DNA of 64,000 nucleotides from assembly GCA_964509365.1 (NCBI GenBank), contig CAZDWN010000002.1, forward strand, positions 67,701 to 131,700. Reading direction: 5' to 3'. This document shows positions 37,001 to 45,294 of this stretch, piece by piece. The notes beneath the pieces were generated by a model. The model was not told the DNA's origin, did no database searches, and worked only from the letters and a program-made list of their open reading frames with translations. Position 1 is the stretch's first letter. Each line of letters begins with the position of its first letter. A program made the translations under genes and the position numbers. Source of the stretch: an uncultured Pseudomonadales bacterium (GTDB lineage Bacteria > Patescibacteriota > Microgenomatia > UBA1400 > UBA12028).

Positions 37001-39820
37001 ATCAGTATCGGGACGCTGACTCCGAGTGCGGGGACAGAGACTGCGATCAAGATCGCATCAGGCTGGGACAAAGATATCTCTGGCGCTTCCTGGAATATCA
37101 CCAGTGGAGGTGTCTTGACCGTCACTTCCTGCAGTGGCTGTGGCGGCGGAGGGAGCACTTTACAGCAGGCCTATGATGCAGATGCGGATGGATCCGATGC
37201 AATCATTCTGATGACGACGACCGACGGCTCAATCATTTTCCAAACAGTAGCTGGTACACAATTTAAAATTGCAGCGACGGTCGCTCCGACAGTAGACTTG
37301 CAAGCAATCACGAACACAGGCTTTGGGACGGTGACCGATGGCGTCAATGGTCTCTCGATCGCCTTTACGCAAGCCGACGATGCGGATGCGACTGACACCA
37401 ATGCCGGTGCGAAGATCACGTTAACGTCCTCATCTGGTGATGCGGATACTCTGGTCGGACTTGATGTAGCCAATATTACTGGTGGCGCTGCAACGGAGAA
37501 AGGGATTCGTATTGGCTCTGGATTCGACCAAGACCTTGAGTTTGTCGATACCACGCCGGTTATCCGAATTCCGGATGCAAGTAGTCTGACGATACAAGGC
37601 GGCCAAGGAAATACACTGGCACAGATGACAGAATATTTCTCAGGAGCGAATTACGGTACATTTGAAGCCGGTGGATTTATCAATATTGATGGAAGTTACT
37701 ATGAAGATCAATTTATGAGTGGAGCTACGACAGCTACTGCTGACGTCGCTTTGTACTCAATCCGCTATGGAGACAAGCACGACTGGGTCTTTGATGAAGC
37801 AGGTGTCGCTTCTATCGGGAATGGGAGTGCAGCTTCAAACTCCTATGGCTGTTCGGTCAACCAAAACTCTGTAGGGCTCGGAAACATCAATGGAATGGTT
37901 CAATTGACACCTGAATTGACTACAAGTACTGCTGGAGTACGTGGAGCGGATTGTCGACTCACGATTGGCTCACAGACAGGCGCGTCAACGATTGGCATTT
38001 TGAATGTGGCAAACAAATGGGTGATGTATTGGAAAGTGAAGCCGAGTTCAAACTGGACCAATGCAAAAAGTGCCAGAGCAATGTATTTCGGTGCCAACAA
38101 CTTCTCAATGGCTTGGGATGGGACTATTCCCTACGGTACATCCGCAAACCCAGCACAATCAGGCGCTGCAATCATGATGTATAACGGAGACGCCACAAAT
38201 AATAATGTGGGCTCAAATTGGCGAGGAATTGTGGTAAATGGAACGCTTGCGAATCAAACAGGTGTCCCATGTGGCGTGAGTGTCGTGACGACTGCATTTG
38301 CTCTTCTGAGGATTGAAGCTCGAGCGACTAACGAAGTTGGCTTCTTTGTTGATCCTGATATGTCCAATGGTATCAGTATGACAAATTGTGGCAATGCGAC
38401 CGTAAACGTCCCGTCTGTCAACTTGGCACCAGCTCTCAATGTCGGAAATTCTCTAGCGACAGGTCAAGTGGGTTGGGGGTCGTGGTCAGCTCAAGTGGAC
38501 TTGTTTGCCTATGTCCAGGACGACCCACGTGATTTTTCGACGCCGCAGTCTTTGGTTTCGAGTGAATCTAGTACGCCTTCGAATCCAATTCCACCAAATC
38601 CAATAACTGGTGCTGACTTAGCTGAACACTACTATTTTCATTCTGAACATGATTTTGGCGATATCGTCACGTTTGGGACTGCCCCAGGGACTGCAAGTCG
38701 TTCGGCAACTCCATATGATCGAAAGATTCTCGGAGTAGTCTCGCAATCTCCTGGGCTGACGATCGGAGAGGCTGATGAGACGAGCTCCCCAATCGCGCTC
38801 ACTGGTCGTGTCCCCACGAAGATCAATTCCAAAGGTGGCTCAATACACATAGGTGATCCGATTACGACTTCTGACATTGCCGGGTATGGTATGCGCGCGA
38901 AAGGACCGGGAAAGATCGTTGGCACAGCGATGGAAAATTTTGAGTGTGAACGCAGCTATTGCGAAGGTACGATCATGGTGAATGTGAATGTGGGATATTA
39001 TCTCGGTGATGAGGGAGATACTGCTCTCTTGGTGCAAAAAGAAGTCGCCTCTTTTGGAGCCACACTTTCACAATCTGAACTCACATCTTTGACTGCGTCA
39101 GCAAGTGGAGTACTCGGTGTCAGTTCAGAAGCGACTCAAGGGCTTATTGCAAAATTTATGGAGATGACGGGAGGATTGAGAGTTGCTTCGGCTTTTGAAA
39201 GTATCGGGACTGCCATTTTTCGAGGACCATCAGATTTCTTCTCTAAAGTGATGTTCAAGGATAAAGTGGGTTTTGAAAATCAAGTGACGTTTAACTCTGA
39301 TACAGCTGGAAATGCGGTCATAAAGTCAGGTGAGCGATTCGTCGATGTGACCTTCGATCACGAATATGATGTCGATCCAATTGTCAGCGCAAATCTCATT
39401 ATTGCTAGAGTCACACAGGAAAACATTCCAGAATATATTGAGAAGAAATTATGTGAGGCTGATGACACCATAGATGCTTGTCAAGATAAAGTCTCGAGCA
39501 GCACTTTGAGTGTCGATGTCCGCTACGCAGTAGTGAGTCGTTCAAAGCAAGGGTTTATGATCCTGCTCTCAAAAGAGACACCGGTAGACATGTTGTTTAG
39601 CTGGAGCGCTGTGACTGTCAAAGGTGCGAAGACGTCAGTGAGTCGCACCTCCGTAAGCAGCGGCTCTGCTCTCTTATCACCGATCTCTACCCAACATCCG
39701 AGCGCAAGTCCGCTCGTATCACCTCTGCCGATTTTGTCGCCGCTGCCGACTTCACTCCCTGTACTTGCGACACCTTCCGCTACAATAGCTCCTGTTGCGA
39801 CTTCTTCCGGTCAACTGTAA
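31058..39820 (+). CDS. giant (2,920 aa) cell-surface protein with four ~440-aa tandem internal repeats and a P/S/T-rich C-terminal tail
   Basis: Signal peptide/anchor (RRHIATLLLLTGVFFLWRPTAVFAATG). Uninterrupted 8.76 kb ORF, G/T/S/A-rich. Motif (S/T)GDP...(M/I)YYN..(N/G)KFRCYQ..(A/G)W(T/V)DC at aa ~289, 727, 1167 and 1650. Confidence 0.7.
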   Translation: MAYSHASNVATVEIVSNTFRRHIATLLLLTGVFFLWRPTAVFAATGTFKQINFQGKVVNKTTGTNVADGSYTFVFSLYTVSSAGSNIWTESKSVTVTNGIFQTFLGDTTSLPGSVDFNTDNLYLGINFNGDGEMSPRVRFTAVPQAMNALKVAGLTVTDTTGTLTIPNGTTIAFSGTNNLTFTTTGSTGLTLPTTGTLATLAGSEVLTNKTIGSTGLVFSGASTDIDTAAAEGLVLQGRAASSFNTTSGAISFQAAGSGTISTVQIGAGGAGSTTPDYLALDVKSDTGDPAGGAEGYIYYNTFDNKFRCYQNSGWTDCVGSGVTGTGTAGTLPIYTGAGATIGDSWLSQASTTLTLSTATIISDASLATLTSSTALSLNPNTGTSYTLDSTATTLSLFGTATALTFGNSASTLAVGASGGLTVTPGGDMTFSEAHNKGFTISGTTATNRTTDLMTITQASGAGTGTGNLLQLINNDTDSTAALLDINQGTAGGTGINFPLGISTGNAINIFSTITTGNAIAIPAIATVTSGSAINLSGGVTGAVAAMTGSYISVSPTRSKTSGATLISDTGHFLSLVRSNSNTIAGGTLDMQGDVAVISSTCSQSAGTCSDSSHILSLAQSYTAATGNVFDVTNAGTGKGLFLTSSSTGNLMELDSSGAVTTPKGIVIAATNGAGVITDALDVSDAEIVNGINLGANNIYSVGNVNFAGTATGTSATGIVLPVKTDSGDPTVTQANGEMYYNSNSGKFRCYQASAWVDCINTSSGITGTGTAGTLPIYTGAGATIGDSWLSQASTTLTLSTATAISDSVLATLTSSTALSLNPNTGTSYTLDSTATTLNLFGTATALTFGNSASTLAVGASGGLTVTPGGNLTIAEAATKGTTFTSDLTSAGRTTDVVTISQANDATNNSTGNLLQLTNSDTSSTTALLDLNQTAPAGGMINIPAGMSTGTAINFGMGITTGKIMQVIAASVTSGNVLGSSGGDNISGTLTAFSGKYISLSPVRTHVGNTTITESGNFLSLARNDVQVTGTGTIAITGDMALLTSTCSQSGGSCTDSSHILNLQQNYAAANGNVFELTNAGTGKGVSLTSSSTGTLMELDSSGAVTTAKGLVIAATNGAGVITDALDVSDAEIVNGINVGANNIYSVGNVNFAGTATGTSATGIVLPVKTDSGDPTVTQANGEMYYNSNSGKFRCYQASAWTDCIGSGSGITGTGTAGTLPIYTGAGATIGDSWLSQASTTLTLSTATIISDASLATLTTSTAFNLNPNTGTSYTLDSTATTLNLFGTATALTFGNSATTLAFGASGGTTITPGGTLTIAEAATKGTILTSTLTSGARSTSVFSITQANDGTNDFDSSTTGLVNLVNDDLGSASAIVWIDQNGTSSSGDESGIHISAPNTGSATGMEINVGDNASNNYSGGGGLIIDDAYEMTSGSGIRIGTSTGIGSGTTQTFSGNYMDISTELGAGTFSQSSGTRTESGHYLNVGRAYTTSGTGTVTITGDLASLAATYTETAGTITDTSNILSLAQNCDATSTDCTGAVIDLTNFGTGAALDLAQTNTSGTQTNGIFFNRNGTSGTTTNGINITNTAGTLTYGLTFTGTTAIGTDIKLQGGETISNSVADTIVLASDATNGAGVARLPVKTDTGDPTLNVEGNIYYNTFDNKFRCYQNAAWTDCIGSGGATAFDTISDPTGTGAIAMGNNAQTLDFISPSTATAMDGLTVTYTNGSATDVTTQRGFVVANLNDAASTGTLESLAVIENRDINETLGNALLIDQAGAGTTTNALKISNSGGNITTGIAIVDGAGGTLTTGISVTGAMTTGLTIGSGSDAITSGIVLGSTGISTDITLQNGEKIDNDTDGYIQFSVGSNSGLVINDGGQSFGLATAASDGGVFGGAAYYGFKDAANSVQYFLLTQAATANTGTTSQAALTFATPVNTTGTNVNEGLAIATTIGNASAGANTANIISIAALTGDDQVTLNGISIGTLTPSAGTETAIKIASGWDKDISGASWNITSGGVLTVTSCSGCGGGGSTLQQAYDADADGSDAIILMTTTDGSIIFQTVAGTQFKIAATVAPTVDLQAITNTGFGTVTDGVNGLSIAFTQADDADATDTNAGAKITLTSSSGDADTLVGLDVANITGGAATEKGIRIGSGFDQDLEFVDTTPVIRIPDASSLTIQGGQGNTLAQMTEYFSGANYGTFEAGGFINIDGSYYEDQFMSGATTATADVALYSIRYGDKHDWVFDEAGVASIGNGSAASNSYGCSVNQNSVGLGNINGMVQLTPELTTSTAGVRGADCRLTIGSQTGASTIGILNVANKWVMYWKVKPSSNWTNAKSARAMYFGANNFSMAWDGTIPYGTSANPAQSGAAIMMYNGDATNNNVGSNWRGIVVNGTLANQTGVPCGVSVVTTAFALLRIEARATNEVGFFVDPDMSNGISMTNCGNATVNVPSVNLAPALNVGNSLATGQVGWGSWSAQVDLFAYVQDDPRDFSTPQSLVSSESSTPSNPIPPNPITGADLAEHYYFHSEHDFGDIVTFGTAPGTASRSATPYDRKILGVVSQSPGLTIGEADETSSPIALTGRVPTKINSKGGSIHIGDPITTSDIAGYGMRAKGPGKIVGTAMENFECERSYCEGTIMVNVNVGYYLGDEGDTALLVQKEVASFGATLSQSELTSLTASASGVLGVSSEATQGLIAKFMEMTGGLRVASAFESIGTAIFRGPSDFFSKVMFKDKVGFENQVTFNSDTAGNAVIKSGERFVDVTFDHEYDVDPIVSANLIIARVTQENIPEYIEKKLCEADDTIDACQDKVSSSTLSVDVRYAVVSRSKQGFMILLSKETPVDMLFSWSAVTVKGAKTSVSRTSVSSGSALLSPISTQHPSASPLVSPLPILSPLPTSLPVLATPSATIAPVATSSGQL
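31915..36110 (+). repeat. approximately 1.3 kb tandem intragenic repeats (3 full copies plus a partial fourth) within the giant gene
   Basis: Motif copies at nt ~31922, 33236, 34556 and 36005 (spacing 1314, 1320, 1449). About 75-80% nucleotide identity overall, but 33150-33300 vs 34485-34635 are ~95-97% identical. Confidence 0.75.
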
Positions 39821-39836
39821 TTCAGAGACAGTCCGC

Positions 39837-41612
39837 TTAATGGAGTTCTTGCAGCTTGTTGAGATTTTGTTTGGCGCTCTCTAATGAAGGGTTAATCTGG
39901 AGGGCTTTTTCAAAAGCCTGGCGTGCTAGTGAGTATTCTCCCGACAGGGCGTAGACAGCACCAATGTTGTTGAGGATTGATGTGTCACTCGGCGCAATTT
40001 GTAATGCGCCCGTATAGGCTCGCAGTGCCAACTCATATTTTCCCAATTGCCTATAGGCGTTGGCGAGAATGATCAGGCGCTCGAACTCATTCACAGGATG
40101 TTCAGTTGAGCGCAATAGGAGCTCAACCGCTTTCGCATGATCGCCTTTTGAGTCATACAGTAATCCCAATGTTGTTCGAATTTCTGGGTAATCTGGGTTG
40201 GTTTTGTATGCTTGTTGGTACTGATATAACCCAGCGTCCATTCTGTTTTGCGATAGATAATAATTTCCCAAATAAATCCTTGCCAAAACCGCGTTCGGAT
40301 TGACAGCCACAGTCCTAGTCCACAGCGTCACGTCATCTTTCCAATCCAAATTACGCTGAGAACTTAGAACCGAGTATGCCAAGACAATGCAGATGAGTGC
40401 TATCCAGGCAAATTGCTGTTTTGAAGACTTGAGTGGTCCACTGGTTAGTGGGAGTACTTGAGTAAACAGTGTGGTTATGAGCAGAAGAAATCCATACGAG
40501 GGGACATACGCAAATCGTTCGACCATAATTGCTTCAGTTGGAATGATATTTAGAGTAGTCAAGAAACTTACAAAGAACCATAGGATAGCAAACGAGAGAA
40601 TTGGGTTTTTCTTGCGGAATGTGATCGCCACACAGAGTGAAAAAAAGATGATAGTGATCGCGGCAATACTTTCTAATTGAAAGAGAGAGAGTGAGTACAT
40701 GACTTGTTTAGTAGAAAGGCTAGCGCGCTCCATTTCGACGACCCAGGATGAAATCCCAGATCCCAGACTGTGGTTTATGGTCAAACCGAGAGGAATGAGT
40801 AGCACGTGTAGATAGCGCAAAAATGCTTTGAGCATGACAAAAAATTGGACTGAGGGATGACCCAATAAGAATCCAGCGCGAGCACCTGCATGAGCGAGGA
40901 AAGTACGCATTGCAAGATATACAACCAAAACGATTGCGAAGGGTATGTTTCTTCCGAATCGCTTCCAGATTGATTGACCAGGATAGAGAAAATAAATATC
41001 GACCAAAAAAAGCAAACCGGGAAGTGTCAGAGTCACTTCATTGGTGCCAAACGCCAAAAATGCGAACAAGATGGCTCCACAAGCTAGAGCTATTCGATAT
41101 CGAGGATCTTCACTCAGTCGAATGTAAAGATACACCGAGAGAAACATAAACACGATCCCAAACATATCCATGCTTGACGTGATCCACGTGACTGCTTCTA
41201 CATGAATGGGATGGAGCGCAAACAGGAGTGCGACTACAAATGGAAAATACGCATCTTTGGTCAATCGTCTGGTTATCAAATAGACCAAAATCGATGTACT
41301 CATCTCGATGCCAATGCTTTGCAGGTGATATCCAAAAGGATTTTTCCCCCAAATCTTATCGTCGATGATGTAGAGAATGTTACGTACGGGACGATAATTG
41401 CCTCCATGCGTGGGTGGCGTTTCGCCTAGAATGAAACGTGGAATACTGCTCCACTCTTGCTTCGCTTCCCAATTGATCACCGTATCCTTATCATCCCAGG
41501 CAAATCCATTTCCGAAGATATTAGCGTAGGTAAGCAGTACACTGATGATGATTACGAAGACTTGAAGATCTTTACGCTTCAGCTTATGGAGGAGGTACGA
41601 AATATAGTTCAT
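39837..41612 (-). CDS. TMTC-like GT-C glycosyltransferase: N-terminal multi-TM domain with FAWDD motif plus C-terminal TPR repeats
   Basis: ANIFGNGFAWDDKDTVINW after TM1 (TMTC/DUF1736-type F-x-W/F-DD loop-1 motif). About 11 TM helices. About 5 TPR repeats at the C-terminus (YYLSQNRMDAGLYQYQQAYKTNP...). 591 aa. Confidence 0.5.
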   Translation of the reverse strand: MNYISYLLHKLKRKDLQVFVIIISVLLTYANIFGNGFAWDDKDTVINWEAKQEWSSIPRFILGETPPTHGGNYRPVRNILYIIDDKIWGKNPFGYHLQSIGIEMSTSILVYLITRRLTKDAYFPFVVALLFALHPIHVEAVTWITSSMDMFGIVFMFLSVYLYIRLSEDPRYRIALACGAILFAFLAFGTNEVTLTLPGLLFLVDIYFLYPGQSIWKRFGRNIPFAIVLVVYLAMRTFLAHAGARAGFLLGHPSVQFFVMLKAFLRYLHVLLIPLGLTINHSLGSGISSWVVEMERASLSTKQVMYSLSLFQLESIAAITIIFFSLCVAITFRKKNPILSFAILWFFVSFLTTLNIIPTEAIMVERFAYVPSYGFLLLITTLFTQVLPLTSGPLKSSKQQFAWIALICIVLAYSVLSSQRNLDWKDDVTLWTRTVAVNPNAVLARIYLGNYYLSQNRMDAGLYQYQQAYKTNPDYPEIRTTLGLLYDSKGDHAKAVELLLRSTEHPVNEFERLIILANAYRQLGKYELALRAYTGALQIAPSDTSILNNIGAVYALSGEYSLARQAFEKALQINPSLESAKQNLNKLQELH

Positions 41613-43285
41613 TATGTGCGTCTATGAAGTTCTTTCAGTTCTAGCCCAGCATATTTCGGATTGTCGCCTTTCGGATAAGAATCGAAGGTGAATCGCTTGA
41701 GAATTTCTTGGCATTTCTCAGGATAGATGTCACAAGTATGAGTTTCAAACATGAAGACAGGTTTCCCTTTGCTCAGATAATCGTCGACAAAATCCATGAC
41801 ATGGACATCTGTCATAAAGTTATCGGTATAAATTGCCGTTTTCCCATGGAGATGGATTGGCGCTAATACTCCAAAAATGAATGCACTGTCGGGCGGCGTT
41901 TGAGGAATCATCACATCTTCAATGTATGCGTGCAAAGTTCGTGGACCGACTTCTACTAAAGAATCCCAGGGTGATGTAGTAATGAGTCTTCGATACGAAG
42001 TAATCGTGGGGACGATGCTGAGAAGCAACACTCCTGCTCCGATCAGCATCCAATTTCGAGTTTGAAATGATGCTTTTCGAAACGACTGATTCAGGTCCCT
42101 GAGCGCAATGCTTGCGAAGATAGTAAGCGGGACACTCTCCATGAGAAAAAATCGTCCGTAGGAACCCGAAAAAGTATATGAGTAAAACTGACCTGCATAA
42201 TAAAATGAATAGATAAAAAAGAAACCACACATCCAGTAGACAAATATGAGAAGACGAAAATCTCGACTTCTCCTCGTCCAGCGTATCGAAAATAGCGTCA
42301 GAGATGCAAGGATGGTGATTGCTAGAGGAAACTCTGGTCGATTCACAAAAGTTAACACATTCGGAAGAGTGTTTCGCATAACATAACTTGTCGTAAATAT
42401 CTCTAATGGCGTCGCTTCGGCGCAGCACCAAATGCTTGAAAATACAGGCACCGAGACGAGTGCTCTGATGAGAACGACAGGGACAAGCAGTGCAAGCACC
42501 AGTCGATCCATGCCAACAAACAGTTTTTGCTTGCGATAATGCCTCATACTTAGTGCGGCAATTCCAAGCGCCGGCAACATGAGGAAGCTCTCGAATCGAA
42601 CCATAAGCAGTAGAAAAACAGAAAGCCAAACGAACGCTGCATCGAATAGTGATTGTTTTCTAGAGTAGAGGATGACTGCAAGTAGTGAAAGCAGCGAGAA
42701 CGTGACAAAGTACACATCAATATTTGTACTCACTGACCAATAGACTGTCAGAGGTGCAAATGCGAAAATACTGGATGAAAATAGTGCAGTAAGTTGATCA
42801 TCAAAAAGTTCTAGGACAACAATAAAAAGTAGTAGTATCTGTACCGTACTCGCGAGCTTTGCGAATCGAAACAAATTGAGTTCATCAAAGCCAAAGAGTT
42901 TTAAGACCCATGCATTGATAACGGGTACCGTGATACGAGCAGCAGGGTCCGGATCGCCTAAAAGTATTTGAGATTCAGTGGAAAGTAATAAGCTGACTGC
43001 TTGCCCATGTCGTGCGAAATTGATGGAATACGATAAGTATCTATCCTCATCAAAATAGACTCTATGCCCATTTGGTACCCATGCAAATCGAATGAGTCCA
43101 CCTAGAATGCAGATACTTACCAATCCAAGTGATACTCCTCGATGCATGGACTTCACTCGTTTCAGGAGTAATGGGAAGTACGATGCACACACGCCAAGTA
43201 GCAGCAAGAGCATGACGCTGACAGACCAAGGTGCGATAACAGCTATCAAATATCGAGTTGCTAGAAGTAAGTATGCGCTAATCAT
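41612..43285 (-). CDS. PMT/GT39-like GT-C membrane glycosyltransferase
   Basis: Loop-1 motif VYFDEDRYLSYSINFARHG resembles the protein-O-mannosyltransferase DE motif (VFDEVHFGGFASQYI). At least 11 TM helices. 557 aa. Start overlaps the downstream stop. Confidence 0.45.
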   Translation of the reverse strand: MISAYLLLATRYLIAVIAPWSVSVMLLLLLGVCASYFPLLLKRVKSMHRGVSLGLVSICILGGLIRFAWVPNGHRVYFDEDRYLSYSINFARHGQAVSLLLSTESQILLGDPDPAARITVPVINAWVLKLFGFDELNLFRFAKLASTVQILLLFIVVLELFDDQLTALFSSSIFAFAPLTVYWSVSTNIDVYFVTFSLLSLLAVILYSRKQSLFDAAFVWLSVFLLLMVRFESFLMLPALGIAALSMRHYRKQKLFVGMDRLVLALLVPVVLIRALVSVPVFSSIWCCAEATPLEIFTTSYVMRNTLPNVLTFVNRPEFPLAITILASLTLFSIRWTRRSRDFRLLIFVYWMCGFFFIYSFYYAGQFYSYTFSGSYGRFFLMESVPLTIFASIALRDLNQSFRKASFQTRNWMLIGAGVLLLSIVPTITSYRRLITTSPWDSLVEVGPRTLHAYIEDVMIPQTPPDSAFIFGVLAPIHLHGKTAIYTDNFMTDVHVMDFVDDYLSKGKPVFMFETHTCDIYPEKCQEILKRFTFDSYPKGDNPKYAGLELKELHRRT

Positions 43286-45294
43286 TTTGAATCCAATTCT
43301 ATAGTGAACTTTTTAGCCAACTGTGTCGCTCGCTCGCGTTCCTCCTCAGGCAAAGGATATGACATGTAGCGTTCTAGGTAGTGCTTCGCTTTCGACATGT
43401 CGTGGAAGCAGGCTGCATAGAGGATAGCGATGTCTAAGACAGTTTTGCTCACATTTTGTTCTCCACGGATAGACAGTGCGGTCAAGAAATAGTGTTCAGA
43501 CGCTTCGCAGTCACCTTGAGCTGCTTTGATTCGCCCCATCTCCGTATTGAGGGGGAAATTCCACTGGGATTCTGGGATCTTTTTTAACGTGCTCTCAGCT
43601 GCACGAAGTTGACCATCAAATCGATACAAGGATGAAAGCTGACCCAATGCCAGAATATTTTGAGGATACCTGCTGGTGAAATTTTCCATCTCTGTAATCG
43701 CGTCTTTGATTCGAGTTGGATCGAATCCCAAATTTCGGCTTAAATCCACGAAATTGAGTTTTTTATGGGCGAGCGTATTGGGGTCGACTTGTGAGCTTCG
43801 CAGAAATAGGATTCCATCATAATCGATATAAAATAGAGCCCAATCTGACTTCTTTCCAAAATAAGTAGTGACGTAATCGTTCTCCTTGCTCGTAAGAATT
43901 GCGTTGATCTCATTATCATCTACAAATTCACGGATATTTTCATCGGAAATAGTTGAAAGCCTTCCATAAGCTCCTATCGTGTCATTTGAATCAAAAAAAT
44001 CATCTCGAGCATCAATCTGTTGTTTCTGCGGAAACAGACAATAATAGATATAGCCTGTAATTTCAGTTGAGACGAGGATATTTGGAGGAACTTTATTTTC
44101 TTTTAGAATCTTGCATTGTTCGCTCGGTGGCGCAAAGCGAGTCTGCCTCGGCGGAAACGCCGCCCAGACGCACATGACTAGTATGGCAGAAAATAATGAC
44201 AATACGGGCCAAATTTTCCGTTGTCGAAAATGCTTTGGGAGGCTCTTAATTAACGAGTCGATTGTAACGCCAAACAACGGTAAGGTGACGAATACTGCAA
44301 GCGGGATGAAGCGCACGAAAAAGAAACCGAACCATAAAAAAATACCAGTTGGGATGAGAGGATATATTTTCGTCAAGAATTTTTGCTTTGTTCGAATGAG
44401 TAAAAACGTAAATGAGATGACAGTGACGAGACCGTAGAGCAAAAAAAGAATGTAGTACGCTGGTGAAACATCAGACTTGAAAATACTCGTGTTCGTGACC
44501 TCGAGAGCCCCGGCGAGTGTGCTGTACCACTTCGCATTTCCTAACAGCGCATAGCCGGTGAGACCGTAGAGATACAGCCGAAAGCCGTATGGGTTGATGA
44601 GTGTAGCCAACAATGTGATTGTACCGAGTAGCGGAGCTATCCATGAAGTCGTCGTTGGAAATAGTCTAGCCATCAGCACCTGTCGAAATGTAAATGCGGT
44701 GACGAGCAAGGCGAACAGCAGAATATATCCGCCTGAAACGTTAGCAAAGAGGATGCCTACAAAAGGAAGAAGATAGAGCAATTTGGATCGGTGTAGTCTC
44801 CATTCCTCGAAGAGGACTTCAACAGATAGTAGGAGGATCAACGAAGCGATCAATGGATGCATTTTCCAAAAACTTAAAAGTAGTAGCGCGCCAATTGTTG
44901 TCGACACTGTTTCTGAACAACGAGAGATATGGTGAAGAGAGAATAGATGCTGCAGCAGGACAAAAGCTCCTATAGTAATCGGAATCAGCACTAGGAGTGG
45001 ACCGAATGTCTCACTAGGTCGAAACGACATATACGCGAGGACATCAAATAACCAGCTATGGCTTATCCATTCGAGCGAAGGGGCTGCTTCCTTATAGGAG
45101 ATATCAGTTTGACCAGGAATACTGTGCCTGGAGAGTATGTACCTGCCAATGCCAAAATGGAGGTATGAATCTGGCACGAGCAGGTTTCCCATTCCAATTA
45201 CAACAACGAAAATGATACTGAAAACCAAGAACAAGCGAAAAGTAGCATTATTGCTGATAGGTTGAGACATAGGTAAACACCAATTTGGAGACAT
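43282..45294 (-). CDS. multi-TM membrane protein with C-terminal TPR repeats (GT-C-like, family unclear)
   Basis: About 12 TM helices then TPR-like repeats (LGQLSSLYRFDGQLRAAESTLKKIPE...). 670 aa. 4-nt overlap with the downstream gene. Confidence 0.4.
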   Translation of the reverse strand: MSPNWCLPMSQPISNNATFRLFLVFSIIFVVVIGMGNLLVPDSYLHFGIGRYILSRHSIPGQTDISYKEAAPSLEWISHSWLFDVLAYMSFRPSETFGPLLVLIPITIGAFVLLQHLFSLHHISRCSETVSTTIGALLLLSFWKMHPLIASLILLLSVEVLFEEWRLHRSKLLYLLPFVGILFANVSGGYILLFALLVTAFTFRQVLMARLFPTTTSWIAPLLGTITLLATLINPYGFRLYLYGLTGYALLGNAKWYSTLAGALEVTNTSIFKSDVSPAYYILFLLYGLVTVISFTFLLIRTKQKFLTKIYPLIPTGIFLWFGFFFVRFIPLAVFVTLPLFGVTIDSLIKSLPKHFRQRKIWPVLSLFSAILVMCVWAAFPPRQTRFAPPSEQCKILKENKVPPNILVSTEITGYIYYCLFPQKQQIDARDDFFDSNDTIGAYGRLSTISDENIREFVDDNEINAILTSKENDYVTTYFGKKSDWALFYIDYDGILFLRSSQVDPNTLAHKKLNFVDLSRNLGFDPTRIKDAITEMENFTSRYPQNILALGQLSSLYRFDGQLRAAESTLKKIPESQWNFPLNTEMGRIKAAQGDCEASEHYFLTALSIRGEQNVSKTVLDIAILYAACFHDMSKAKHYLERYMSYPLPEEERERATQLAKKFTIELDSK

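Noticed and set aside
31360-39037. Many 60-144-aa minus-strand and out-of-frame ORFs inside the giant gene
   Set aside because: They are embedded in an uninterrupted 8.76-kb ORF with strong periodic repeat structure. Their compositions (Pro/Val/Ala-rich) are reverse-complement artefacts of Gly/Thr/Ala codons.
41919-42629. 236-aa minus-strand ORF in another frame inside the PMT-like gene
   Set aside because: It fully overlaps a longer multi-TM ORF with a recognisable GT-C loop motif. Its Cys/Ser-rich composition is typical of an off-frame read.
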